Assembly: GCA_963710375.1 (NCBI GenBank)
Contig: CAVPZX010000003.1
Coordinates: 224,001-288,000, forward strand
Origin: Nitrospirota bacterium
GTDB lineage: Bacteria; Nitrospirota; Thermodesulfovibrionia; Thermodesulfovibrionales; Dissulfurispiraceae
Reading direction: 5' to 3'
Length of the DNA stretch: 64,000 nucleotides
Shown here in pieces: positions 51,472-59,890 of the stretch. The stretch's first letter is position 1; each line of letters begins with the position of its first letter. The translations under genes and the position numbers were made by a program. Under the pieces are notes generated by a model. The model ran no database searches and was not told the origin of the DNA. It was given only the letters and a program-made list of their open reading frames with translations.

Positions 51472-51748
51472 AGGGCAAAAGGCTCTAGATCACATTGCAT
51501 CAACGATTATCCTGCATGGACTACCTTACTGAACAGACAAGAATAGTGCCAAATTCAACAATTATCATTTGAAACTATCATAGCAAACCGTCTGCTTGCC
51601 GGTCTCAGTTCCTGTGAGCTATACGATTTCTACTCGTAGTCTACTTTACAACTGTCTATAAAGGGAAGCTTAAGCTTACGATATGGTATCTAAGTTAATC
51701 CAGGAATGAATCTGAACTGACGCAATAATAATCGTGTATAATAATTTC

Positions 51749-52258
51749 ATGCCGAAAGGAAAAAGCCTGTACGAAGAACTGTTGACAGTTTTAAACCGCC
51801 AGAAGGTTAGATATTTAGTTGTCGGTGGAGTGGCTGTGAATTTGTATGGGATTGAGAGAATGACGGGCGATATCGATATTATCATTGAAATGTCCCCGGC
51901 TAACTTAGAGAGGTTCTTGGATGCCGCTCAGCTGCTTAAGCTAAAGCCCTCCATCCCGGTTAAGTACAAGGACATCACCCTAGAATCGATAGCTAAGTGG
52001 CGTCGGGAGAAGGACATGATCGCACTTCGTCTAATCCATTCCCAAAACCAGATGCTTATTCTTGACCTTGTGTTCGACGATACTGTTTCGTTTGAGGAGG
52101 CCTTCAGCCTACGAGAAACATTTCGTATCGGGCACATCTCGTTCCCTGTTATGTCTATCAACGACCTTATTAAGATGAAACAGGGAGTGGCAAGAGAACA
52201 GGATATCGCGGACGTGTATCATCTGAAACGCCGAAGGGAGGTTGATAGTGACAGGTAA
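51749..52258 (+). CDS. Nucleotidyltransferase-fold protein
   Basis: YLVVGGVAV..YG.ERMTGDIDI and LIKMK...REQDIADV. Confidence 0.82.
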   Translation: MPKGKSLYEELLTVLNRQKVRYLVVGGVAVNLYGIERMTGDIDIIIEMSPANLERFLDAAQLLKLKPSIPVKYKDITLESIAKWRREKDMIALRLIHSQNQMLILDLVFDDTVSFEEAFSLRETFRIGHISFPVMSINDLIKMKQGVAREQDIADVYHLKRRREVDSDR

Positions 52259-52424
52259 GTTACTTATCTATTACCGTTCAGCAGAGCAAATAGCAAGCTA
52301 TCAGAAAGTCCCGGTCCGGACAAAATTTCTTATGCTTGAGGAGTCTGCTAAATTCTTCACAAAAGTTAAGCGAGCGCGGAAACAAAAATCCAGTCGAACA
52401 ATCTCACCATCCCGCAACAAATAA
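52248..52424 (+). CDS. Small basic protein coupled to the nucleotidyltransferase
   Basis: GGGAGG RBS and GTG start overlapping the upstream gene's end. Confidence 0.5.
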   Translation: MTGKLLIYYRSAEQIASYQKVPVRTKFLMLEESAKFFTKVKRARKQKSSRTISPSRNK

Positions 52425-52659
52425 AAAATACCCGCAGGTGGACCGAAAGTCAACTGTGAGCATTTCCGGTTATATTCTATCGCACACATTTTTTATGCTC
52501 TTGGATGAAAAATCCCTTCAACATAATTAACTCCGGCATGGACTTCTCAAGAATAGGCTGGTATGAATAAATACTACCAATAGGTCGAGCCTGATGTCAA
52601 TTACGGGTTACATTTAATGGATGATTAACTGTTTGTCGTGCTACGTGGCATTTTCTTTG

Positions 52660-52705
52660 GTGATGATCACGACCGCTGATGAAACTTCAGCGGTCGGACC
52701 ATCAC
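52660..52705. terminator. Long stem-loop downstream of the glycine-zipper gene
   Basis: GTGATGATC(A)CGACCGCTGA-TGAAACT-TCAGCGGTCG-GACCATCAC. Confidence 0.55.
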
Positions 52706-52741
52706 TAAATAAATAACTTCCCTTACCCCCAAACCACGCAG

Positions 52742-53323
52742 CTATTGCGGCGGCGCGTAGGGGGGCCCTGGTGGAGGAGGTGGAGGAGCCGGGTAGACCG
52801 GCTGTTCAGAGTTAAGATCGGGTGGTGGTGGAGGTGGAGGAGGTGGCATTCTTCTGACACGACTGGCCGGCGCCATCGCTCCTGGAACCTGGTTGCCCTT
52901 GGCATACATGCACTGCGTATAAGCTATATCGTACCGACGCTGTGCCTCCCAGCCATAAACCCGTCCTGCGTTTGCTCCTGAGGCGGTCCCTACAAGAAGA
53001 CCACTTCCTGCTCCTATGGCTGCGCCCGTGCCTGCATGGCCTGCGGCTGCTCCGATGGCTGCGCCCAAGCCGGCGCCGATGACCGTGCCGACGGCAGCCC
53101 CTGTGACGGTATTCTGATTGGCCGTTTGTTGAGGGGACTCTCCGATCTGCTGTGAAGCCCATTGCCTGCAGACGGCGTCATCAGCCTGAAATTGCTCGAA
53201 CGACTTTCCGGTGCCCGGCAGCACCGAAACGCTTGGACCTATAGGCACCGTCGCACATCCGCTGACCATCAATATAACCGGCAATATCAGAATGGAAAAG
53301 ATGTTAAGTATGCGTTTCATCAT
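52742..53323 (-). CDS. Glycine-zipper lipoprotein with Pro-rich tail
   Basis: Lipobox VSGC; GAAVGTVIGAGLGAAIG zipper; YTQCMYAKG; poly-Pro. Confidence 0.85.
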   Translation of the reverse strand: MMKRILNIFSILILPVILMVSGCATVPIGPSVSVLPGTGKSFEQFQADDAVCRQWASQQIGESPQQTANQNTVTGAAVGTVIGAGLGAAIGAAAGHAGTGAAIGAGSGLLVGTASGANAGRVYGWEAQRRYDIAYTQCMYAKGNQVPGAMAPASRVRRMPPPPPPPPPDLNSEQPVYPAPPPPPPGPPYAPPQ

Positions 53324-53327
53324 TTCT

Positions 53328-53756
53328 TTACCTCCCCTGGTACGGTGGGGCCTGAGCTGGTTCCCCATGAGACTCATAGTCTGGTGGTGTTGAAGGCGGC
53401 GCAACCTTCATCCATCCGCCAGGACACTTTTTCACATAAGGGTAATAGCCCTGAGGATTGCCGCAGAAATACCAGTAGCTCTGTTCCTCTTGTTGAGGGG
53501 CCGGCTGGACATATTGCTGAGGCTGCTGCTGGACAACAACAGGTGGAGCCGCATAGTAAGGATTGTAGCCGCCATAGTACGGATAGTACGGAGGTCCCCA
53601 CAACCACGGATCCCAGCCCCATCCCGGGCCTATCCAAACGCCTCCTCTCCAACCGCCGCCCCAGTGGCCACGGTCCCATGCTTGCCCGGGCAGTGCGCTT
53701 GCTAAAAGCAGCGCAAAAACAACGAAGATAACAACAAAAATTTTTTTCATTTCCAC
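53328..53756 (-). CDS. Secreted Gly/Pro/Tyr/Trp-rich protein
   Basis: Signal peptide; YWYFC..PQGYYPYVKKCPGGW motif. Confidence 0.78.
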   Translation of the reverse strand: MEMKKIFVVIFVVFALLLASALPGQAWDRGHWGGGWRGGVWIGPGWGWDPWLWGPPYYPYYGGYNPYYAAPPVVVQQQPQQYVQPAPQQEEQSYWYFCGNPQGYYPYVKKCPGGWMKVAPPSTPPDYESHGEPAQAPPYQGR

Positions 53757-53924
53757 ACTCCTTTACGGTTTAGATATACTTGTTCATTACTATATGAGCA
53801 GATTCGTCCTCTCCTCTTAATTTTATAGTCGATAAACAAAAGCAGAAGGTTACACTAATAAAATCATGGCTGCTAACTCCTCCTAATTAAATTATTTCAT
53901 TAACTAAAGGTTCCGTCAACTTTT

Positions 53925-54106
53925 AGGGCTCGCGAATAAATAACTTGCACATTGATGCATCTCAGATTTAGGCCATCTTTGCCCGATCCTCAGTCGTAAA
54001 ATCCTCAACGTAGCTGTGCTACGCCTGCGGTTTTGCTCAGTCGGATCAGCCAAACCTGACCCAAGTCTGAGCGCCTGAATGCACAAGTTATTTATTCGCG
54101 AGCCCT
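53925..54106. mobile_element. MITE-like palindromic element, 182 bp
   Basis: Perfect 23-bp TIR AGGGCTCGCGAATAAATAACTTG/CAAGTTATTTATTCGCGAGCCCT with imperfect extension; central CGTAGC-TGT-GCTACG hairpin. Confidence 0.8.
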
Positions 54107-54143
54107 TTGACAAACAGCAGGTATTTTTAGTAAGTTGAAGGTC

Positions 54144-55277
54144 ATGGTACATTATCTTTACATCCATATCCCATTCTGCATTGCAAAATGCGACTATTGC
54201 GATTTTTATTCTATTCCTATTGGCCGCTCCGGCGCGGATGAGTCCTGGAAATACGTATATGCCCTTTTGAAGGAAATGGAGCTGAGACGTGATATTGCAG
54301 GCGATCTCAAGACAGTCTACCTTGGCGGAGGCACCCCAACGCTCTTTTCCTCTGAGCAGGTAGCTGCTATTTTGTCAGGGGTAAGGGAAATTTTTTCCAT
54401 AGCCTCCGGGGCTGAAATAACTATTGAGGCGAACCCGGGAACAGTTTCCGAAAGGCAGCTGGCTGCTTTAAGGGAAACCGGCATCAACCGCATTAGTATT
54501 GGGATGCAATCTCTTTCAGACCGGGAGCTTTGCACTCTTGGCCGAAGTCATACTGAGGAGGATTCGTTTGCTGCGGTAAGCGCTGCAAGAAAGGCCGGCT
54601 TCGATAATATCTCGCTTGATTTGATATACGGGATTCCGGGTCAGCATATGGATATATGGGAAAATACAATGAGTAGGGCGCTTGAGTTTTTTCCAGAGCA
54701 CGTGTCGGCCTATGAGCTTACGCCGGAAGAGAGCACGCTCCTGCATGCCAACCTGGCAAGAGGCGTTTATGCGCTGCCGGATGAATCGCTTGTCATTGAA
54801 ATGTATTATGCGGCGCTCGAAAAAATGAAGGCGCATAGGTATCTTCATTATGAGATATCAAACTTTGCAAAAGCGGGATATGAATCTGTTCATAATATCA
54901 ACTACTGGGACCGGGGGGAATACCTCGGAGTTGGCGCAGGCGCGCACTCTTTTTTTAAAGGCAAACGGTCAGGCAACATCCGTGACCTCGACAGTTATAT
55001 GGAATCGATCAATAGTTCGGTGATGCCGGTGAACGAGGAGATAGCTGTTACGGAACAGGATGAGTTTAACGAAATGATTTTTCTCGGATTACGGAAGACT
55101 GAAGGGATCGATATGCGACTCATACCTGACAAAGAGAGGTTGTTGAAAAACAAGGCCGTGGATGCCCTGAAGCGCCACGGCCTTATCAAGATCGAAGACT
55201 GCTACCTCCGCCTTACATTGGAAGGTCTTGTCATGAGTACAGAAGTAATGGTCCAGATACTCAGCGAAAATCGGTGA
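54144..55277 (+). CDS. hemW: Radical SAM heme chaperone HemW (HemN-like)
   Basis: LYIHIPFCIAKCDYCDF, GGGTPT, EANP, YEISNF, HNINYW. Confidence 0.9.
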   Translation: MVHYLYIHIPFCIAKCDYCDFYSIPIGRSGADESWKYVYALLKEMELRRDIAGDLKTVYLGGGTPTLFSSEQVAAILSGVREIFSIASGAEITIEANPGTVSERQLAALRETGINRISIGMQSLSDRELCTLGRSHTEEDSFAAVSAARKAGFDNISLDLIYGIPGQHMDIWENTMSRALEFFPEHVSAYELTPEESTLLHANLARGVYALPDESLVIEMYYAALEKMKAHRYLHYEISNFAKAGYESVHNINYWDRGEYLGVGAGAHSFFKGKRSGNIRDLDSYMESINSSVMPVNEEIAVTEQDEFNEMIFLGLRKTEGIDMRLIPDKERLLKNKAVDALKRHGLIKIEDCYLRLTLEGLVMSTEVMVQILSENR

Positions 55278-55340
55278 AGGGGAGCTAACGCCTTTTCGCA
55301 GGTTCTCCCTTTCTCCCCTTCTCCGATTCTGATGATCTCT

Positions 55341-56804
55341 TTATTTCGTACCTTTAGCCGGCACAGTTATGTACTGTCGAACGCCGCCCCTCACGATCAG
55401 CGCCAGTACGTCCTGATTGCTCTCAATGCCGGCTATCGCTTTAGTGTATTCTTTTGTATTGGGTACCGGTTTCCGGTTTATTTCGAGCAGGACATCACCT
55501 TTATTGATGATACCGAGGGCGGGGCTGTCCTCATCGATATTGCTCACTATAACGCCCCGGTCCTTTCCGCTGATATTCAGCTTCTGACGATATTCATCAG
55601 TGAGGTCCTGAACTGAAACTCCCCTTAAAGCATTATCGATCGTAACATTCGGGATGACCGCAGTCTCAACAGGCAGTTCACCGATAGTAACATTTGCAGT
55701 CAGGAGATTGCCTTCCCGGATCATCTTTACAGCCACCTGTCTGCCCGGTTTAGTTTCAGCAACCATATTTTTAAAATGGTAGGGATCGTTTATCTTTTTG
55801 CCGTCGTATTCGACCACAACATCGCCACCTTTCATCCCGGCTTTAGCAGCGGGGCCTCCATCTGTAACATCTACCAGCAAGACGCCGTTATCATCTTTTA
55901 ATCCGAACTGCCTGGCAAGGTCAGCGGTGAGCGGCTGTATCTGAACGCCAAGCCAGCCTCGCACCACTTTGCCCTGGCTGATAATGCTGTCCATCACATT
56001 CTTGACCATATTTGCAGGAATTGCAAACCCAATCCCCTGATAGCCCCCGCTGGTGCTGAATATTGCATTGGTTACGCCTATCACCTCACCCTTTACATTC
56101 ACCAATGGGCCTCCGGAATTACCGGGATTTATTGCCGCATCAGTCTGGATGAAATTCTCATAATCGCTTATTCCCATACCCTCCCTTCCGACCGCGCTTA
56201 TGATTCCCATGGTAACACTGTGGCTCAGGCCGAAAGGGTTGCCGACCGCGAGTATCATTTCACCCGGTCTTATTTTATCGGAATTGCCCCATGGAATGGT
56301 GGGCAGGTTTTTTTCATTGATCTTGATCACAGCAACATCTGTTCGTGAATCCATACCGATAACCTTGCCCTTGTATGGCTCCTTGTTATTAGCGAGTTTG
56401 ACGACTATATCCTCGGCGCCTTCAATGACATGGTTGTTTGTAATGATATAGCCGTCAGACGTTGCTATAAATCCAGAACCGAGGCTCGCAACTTTTCTCT
56501 TCTGAGCTTCCTCTGGACCTTCCCCGAAAAACTTTTTGAAAAAGGGGTCATTGAAAAATGGGTTTGCCGGAGCTTTAACTGTTCGGGTTGTCGAGATATT
56601 TACTACGGCAGGCGTGACCCTTTCCGCAACTTTTGCCATCGCATCTCCGATTTTTGTCAGGAGTTCCGTCGCATCTTTGTCCGAAATCTCAGCTCTGACC
56701 GGGACCGGGAGCACGAGGCCAAGTGACAGGAAAAGGAACAGGCACGCTGCGAGCCCTGTTAAAGCCTCGCGGCGTATGCTTGCAAAGATTAATCTGTATT
56801 TCAT
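55341..56804 (-). CDS. Do/DegQ-family (HtrA) serine protease with two PDZ domains
   Basis: ITNNHV, IQTDAAINPGNSGGPL, RGWLGV; signal peptide. Confidence 0.94.
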   Translation of the reverse strand: MKYRLIFASIRREALTGLAACLFLFLSLGLVLPVPVRAEISDKDATELLTKIGDAMAKVAERVTPAVVNISTTRTVKAPANPFFNDPFFKKFFGEGPEEAQKRKVASLGSGFIATSDGYIITNNHVIEGAEDIVVKLANNKEPYKGKVIGMDSRTDVAVIKINEKNLPTIPWGNSDKIRPGEMILAVGNPFGLSHSVTMGIISAVGREGMGISDYENFIQTDAAINPGNSGGPLVNVKGEVIGVTNAIFSTSGGYQGIGFAIPANMVKNVMDSIISQGKVVRGWLGVQIQPLTADLARQFGLKDDNGVLLVDVTDGGPAAKAGMKGGDVVVEYDGKKINDPYHFKNMVAETKPGRQVAVKMIREGNLLTANVTIGELPVETAVIPNVTIDNALRGVSVQDLTDEYRQKLNISGKDRGVIVSNIDEDSPALGIINKGDVLLEINRKPVPNTKEYTKAIAGIESNQDVLALIVRGGVRQYITVPAKGTK

Positions 56805-56824
56805 GGATTCCCTCCGTATAATGT

Positions 56825-58237
56825 TCATAATGCTCTTATTGTGAATTTTAACGCCTCAACTGTATTTTTATCAATACGGTAGCGCTCATCGGCGCGGTAT
56901 CCCACGACCCAGACAATCTCTTTATCGCTGAGCAGCAGGGGTATGCTGTCCCTTAGGTCTCTCGGCACCTTCTCGTCCACAAAATAGTCCTGGATTTTCT
57001 TTTTTTTCCCGAAGCCGGAAGGATAAAAATAGTCTCCGGGTCTCCGTGAACGGATTTGAAGCGGGAAACGGAGTTTGCCTGCGTCAAACACAGCCTTCTG
57101 CCTGCCGTCACCACCCTCAAATTCCCCTCCTGCGAAGGGGGCATTTGTAGGGGTCGGCTCGCGGATATCAATAGATGTGCAACTGAGCACAACGGATGTC
57201 TCTCTTATGAAAACATCTCCGGGACCCTCTATAATATGCGTTTCTAATGCCGCGGGATGATCGGAAGAGATGGTAAGGGTTGAATACCCCTTTATTGCCC
57301 GGACGCCTCTGGGCAGGTAAAGCCTGTCGCCTGAATGACCTGATTTTACCAAATCGAGCAGGGCTTCTATATGTATAAAACCTATTCCACGGAGTCCTTC
57401 TACAGCTCTCACTGCTCTCCTGATAATTCTCCTCACGAGTGCTTTGTCCATTCTTTCGATGGGTAATATGAACAACTCAATGGCGGTATCGGTCTTCCTG
57501 GATATTAATTTCATCAGGGCTTTCGTTGTCTGCAGTTCAAGGTAATCGTCCTCCTCTCTGCAGATATCGGCAGTCCTGCCAATTGTTATAGTCATATCGG
57601 GCCCCAGGTCTTTTAATGCCGGCATGACTGTGCGCCTGATCTTGTTCCTCATATATTTGTCTTCCAGGTTGGATGAATCAACCAGGAAACCGATTTTTTG
57701 AGTTTCGAGAAAGCGTTCTATCTCTTTTCTTTCGACGCCGATTATCGGTCGGATAATATTCTTTCTGACAGGCGGGATGCCAGAAAGACCCAAAGTTCCA
57801 GCCCCTCTAAGGAGCCTCATAATGACGGTCTCCGCCTGGTCATCTGCTGTATGGCCGAGTGCGATCTTAGCGGCCCCGGCAGTATGGGCGGCTTCATTGA
57901 GGGCCTTGTAGCGCAATTCCCTGGCAGCCTCCTGTTTGTTCAGGCCCTGCGCTTTCGCAAATGATTTAACATCGACGGATTTCACCGAAAAAGAGACATT
58001 AAGTGAAAGACATAACTTCTCGCAAAAAAAGATTTCAGCTGGAGTCTCCTCAGGCCTCAGCCCATGCTCTACATATGCGGCATATAAATTCATACCGAAG
58101 TGTTCTCTAAGGCTGTGGAGGACAACTAAAAGACAGACAGAATCGGGCCCTCCGGAAAGACCGGCAAGGACGCCGTCTCCATGTGAGAGCATGGAATGCT
58201 TCAGTATAGTATCTTTGGTCTTCGCAATAATATCCAT
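56825..58237 (-). CDS. tilS: tRNA(Ile)-lysidine synthetase
   Basis: LSGGPDS, ARELRY, GHTADDQAET, RNKIR; TilS C-terminal domain. Confidence 0.95.
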   Translation of the reverse strand: MDIIAKTKDTILKHSMLSHGDGVLAGLSGGPDSVCLLVVLHSLREHFGMNLYAAYVEHGLRPEETPAEIFFCEKLCLSLNVSFSVKSVDVKSFAKAQGLNKQEAARELRYKALNEAAHTAGAAKIALGHTADDQAETVIMRLLRGAGTLGLSGIPPVRKNIIRPIIGVERKEIERFLETQKIGFLVDSSNLEDKYMRNKIRRTVMPALKDLGPDMTITIGRTADICREEDDYLELQTTKALMKLISRKTDTAIELFILPIERMDKALVRRIIRRAVRAVEGLRGIGFIHIEALLDLVKSGHSGDRLYLPRGVRAIKGYSTLTISSDHPAALETHIIEGPGDVFIRETSVVLSCTSIDIREPTPTNAPFAGGEFEGGDGRQKAVFDAGKLRFPLQIRSRRPGDYFYPSGFGKKKKIQDYFVDEKVPRDLRDSIPLLLSDKEIVWVVGYRADERYRIDKNTVEALKFTIRAL

Positions 58238-58280
58238 TATCTGATTATATAGTACACGAACGGGCAATAGGCAATAAAAC

Positions 58281-58384
58281 GTGAATAGTGAAAGGTGAAT
58301 GGTGAATCTAATCGGCTAAAGGCAAAAAGCAAAACAAGATGTCTTTAGTTTTTAACTATTCACCATTCACGTTTCACTATTCAC
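58281..58384. repeat. Heptamer (GTGAAWN) tandem-repeat palindrome, copy 2
   Basis: GTGAATAGTGAAAGGTGAATGGTGAAT...ATTCACCATTCACGTTTCACTATTCAC; inverted homologue of 15655-15761. Confidence 0.8.
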
Positions 58385-58451
58385 CCTGTCTTCTTTGCTG
58401 GTCCGGTTTACAATTCCTTTGTTTAATTGATATTATACATGTTGAATTTTT

Positions 58452-58544
58452 GGAGAGGTGGCCGAGCCGGTCGAAGGCAGCCGCCTGCTAAGCGGTTGTG
58501 GGGGTCACACCTCACCCAGGGTTCGAATCCCTGCCTCTCCGCCA
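58452..58544 (+). tRNA. tRNA-Ser(GCT)
   Basis: GGAGAGG/CCTCTCC acceptor stem, anticodon loop CT-GCT-AA, long variable arm, GTTCGAATC T-loop, encoded CCA. Confidence 0.95.
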
Positions 58545-58554
58545 TAAAGAATTA

Positions 58555-58615
58555 ATTACGAATTAAGAATTAATGTTTTTTCCACGATTATTCATTCCTA
58601 ATTCTTAATTCGTAA
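58555..58615. repeat. Palindrome of tandem heptamers (AATTAMG) just after tRNA-Ser
   Basis: TTACGAATTAAGAATTA ... TAATTCTTAATTCGTAA. Confidence 0.7.
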
Positions 58616-58645
58616 ATTTTTAATTTAATGAAAGGGAGGTACTTT

Positions 58646-59239
58646 ATGAGAAGGTTTGTAAAAATAATGTTAATCGCGCTTGTGCTGACAGGTATGGTCT
58701 CGGGTTGTAAAAAAGGGGAAGAGCATGCTGCAACGAATATGCCGCCGCAGATGCCGGCAGCCCCGATGGGCCAAATGCCTCAACAGCTGCCTGCTGCTCC
58801 GCTGGGCCAGGACCATGGGCAGATGCCTCTTCAGTCTCCGATGCCGCCTCATGGTGATGCAGCCGGCATGGCGCCCAAAGTGGAGAGGAGCGTTGTTGTT
58901 CCGAATGAGGTTAAAGGGAAGTGGAGCAAAGTTGTACTGGATGTAATGGACAAGGGATCTAACAAGTCCGAAGAATTCAGTGTAAAACTAAACTCTGAAT
59001 TTAAGATACCGAATAGTGACCTAAAAGTAATGGTCGGCGACTTTCTTCCCGACTTTATAATCACCGGCAGCTCCCTTACTTCATCAAGCAACAAACCAAA
59101 TAATCCGGCGGTGAAGGTAGAGGTATTTGAGGGAGGTAAAAGCATATTCAAGGGTTGGCTGTACGCAAAGTTCCCTACCATGCACCCCTTCGAGCACCCA
59201 AAATATGCGATAACTCTTAAAGAAGGCGTGAAGAGTTAA
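58646..59239 (+). CDS. Lipoprotein with a DUF2155-like C-terminal domain
   Basis: Lipobox VSGC; Met/Pro-rich linker; IFKGWLYAKFPTMHPFEHPKY. Confidence 0.75.
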   Translation: MRRFVKIMLIALVLTGMVSGCKKGEEHAATNMPPQMPAAPMGQMPQQLPAAPLGQDHGQMPLQSPMPPHGDAAGMAPKVERSVVVPNEVKGKWSKVVLDVMDKGSNKSEEFSVKLNSEFKIPNSDLKVMVGDFLPDFIITGSSLTSSSNKPNNPAVKVEVFEGGKSIFKGWLYAKFPTMHPFEHPKYAITLKEGVKS

Positions 59240-59249
59240 AAAAGGGAAT

Positions 59250-59831
59250 ATGTCTACCTACATCTCGCTTGGTAAAGCACCGGAAAGTCCTGAGGAGAGG
59301 GCGTTGCTTCTCGCAAAGAAAGCGCATATGGAAGAACACATGGCCGGCCTTCAGCTTACCCAGGCACAAAAGAGAATGGTCGATTTCTTGATTTCCCGAA
59401 AAGGCTATGACGACAATGACCTCGAGATCAATCAGGACTTCACCTTTGAATTGCCTGGATGCTCTTTTGTTGTCCGGGCCGACATTATTGTCAGGATCGA
59501 GGGAAAGCGCCTTTTCACTGTTAAATGTGTTATGAGTTCAATGGAATCATGGGAGAGGCACTCAGTGGCTTTTGGACGTGTTGCAGATGTGTATCAGATT
59601 CCTTATGCTGTAATAACGGACAGCGAGGATGCCGGAATGATATCTACTGCAGATGGTACACTGGTAGCACAAGGGCTTGATGCTATTCCATCGAGGCAGG
59701 AGGCTGAACGCATGCAGGGAGAGACAAAGTTCAAGGCTTGTCCCTCAGAGAGAGTGGAAAAGGAGAAAAGGATCCTGTATGCCTTTGAAGCCATTAAATG
59801 CACCAATACATTAATCAATCCTGAAGGCTGA
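59250..59831 (+). CDS. Standalone HsdR N-terminal-like (PD-(D/E)XK) domain protein
   Basis: MVDFLISRKGY..DLE...RADIIV...TVKC...PYAVITD pattern. Confidence 0.65.
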   Translation: MSTYISLGKAPESPEERALLLAKKAHMEEHMAGLQLTQAQKRMVDFLISRKGYDDNDLEINQDFTFELPGCSFVVRADIIVRIEGKRLFTVKCVMSSMESWERHSVAFGRVADVYQIPYAVITDSEDAGMISTADGTLVAQGLDAIPSRQEAERMQGETKFKACPSERVEKEKRILYAFEAIKCTNTLINPEG

Positions 59832-59890
59832 AAAACCTTTCCCTTTTGCCTTTAGCCATTCGCCTTTAGCCATTTTTTATAGGAGATGCA

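Noticed and set aside
59250..59831. Type I restriction-modification system
   Set aside because: Only a short HsdR-N-like domain; no helicase, hsdM or hsdS nearby.
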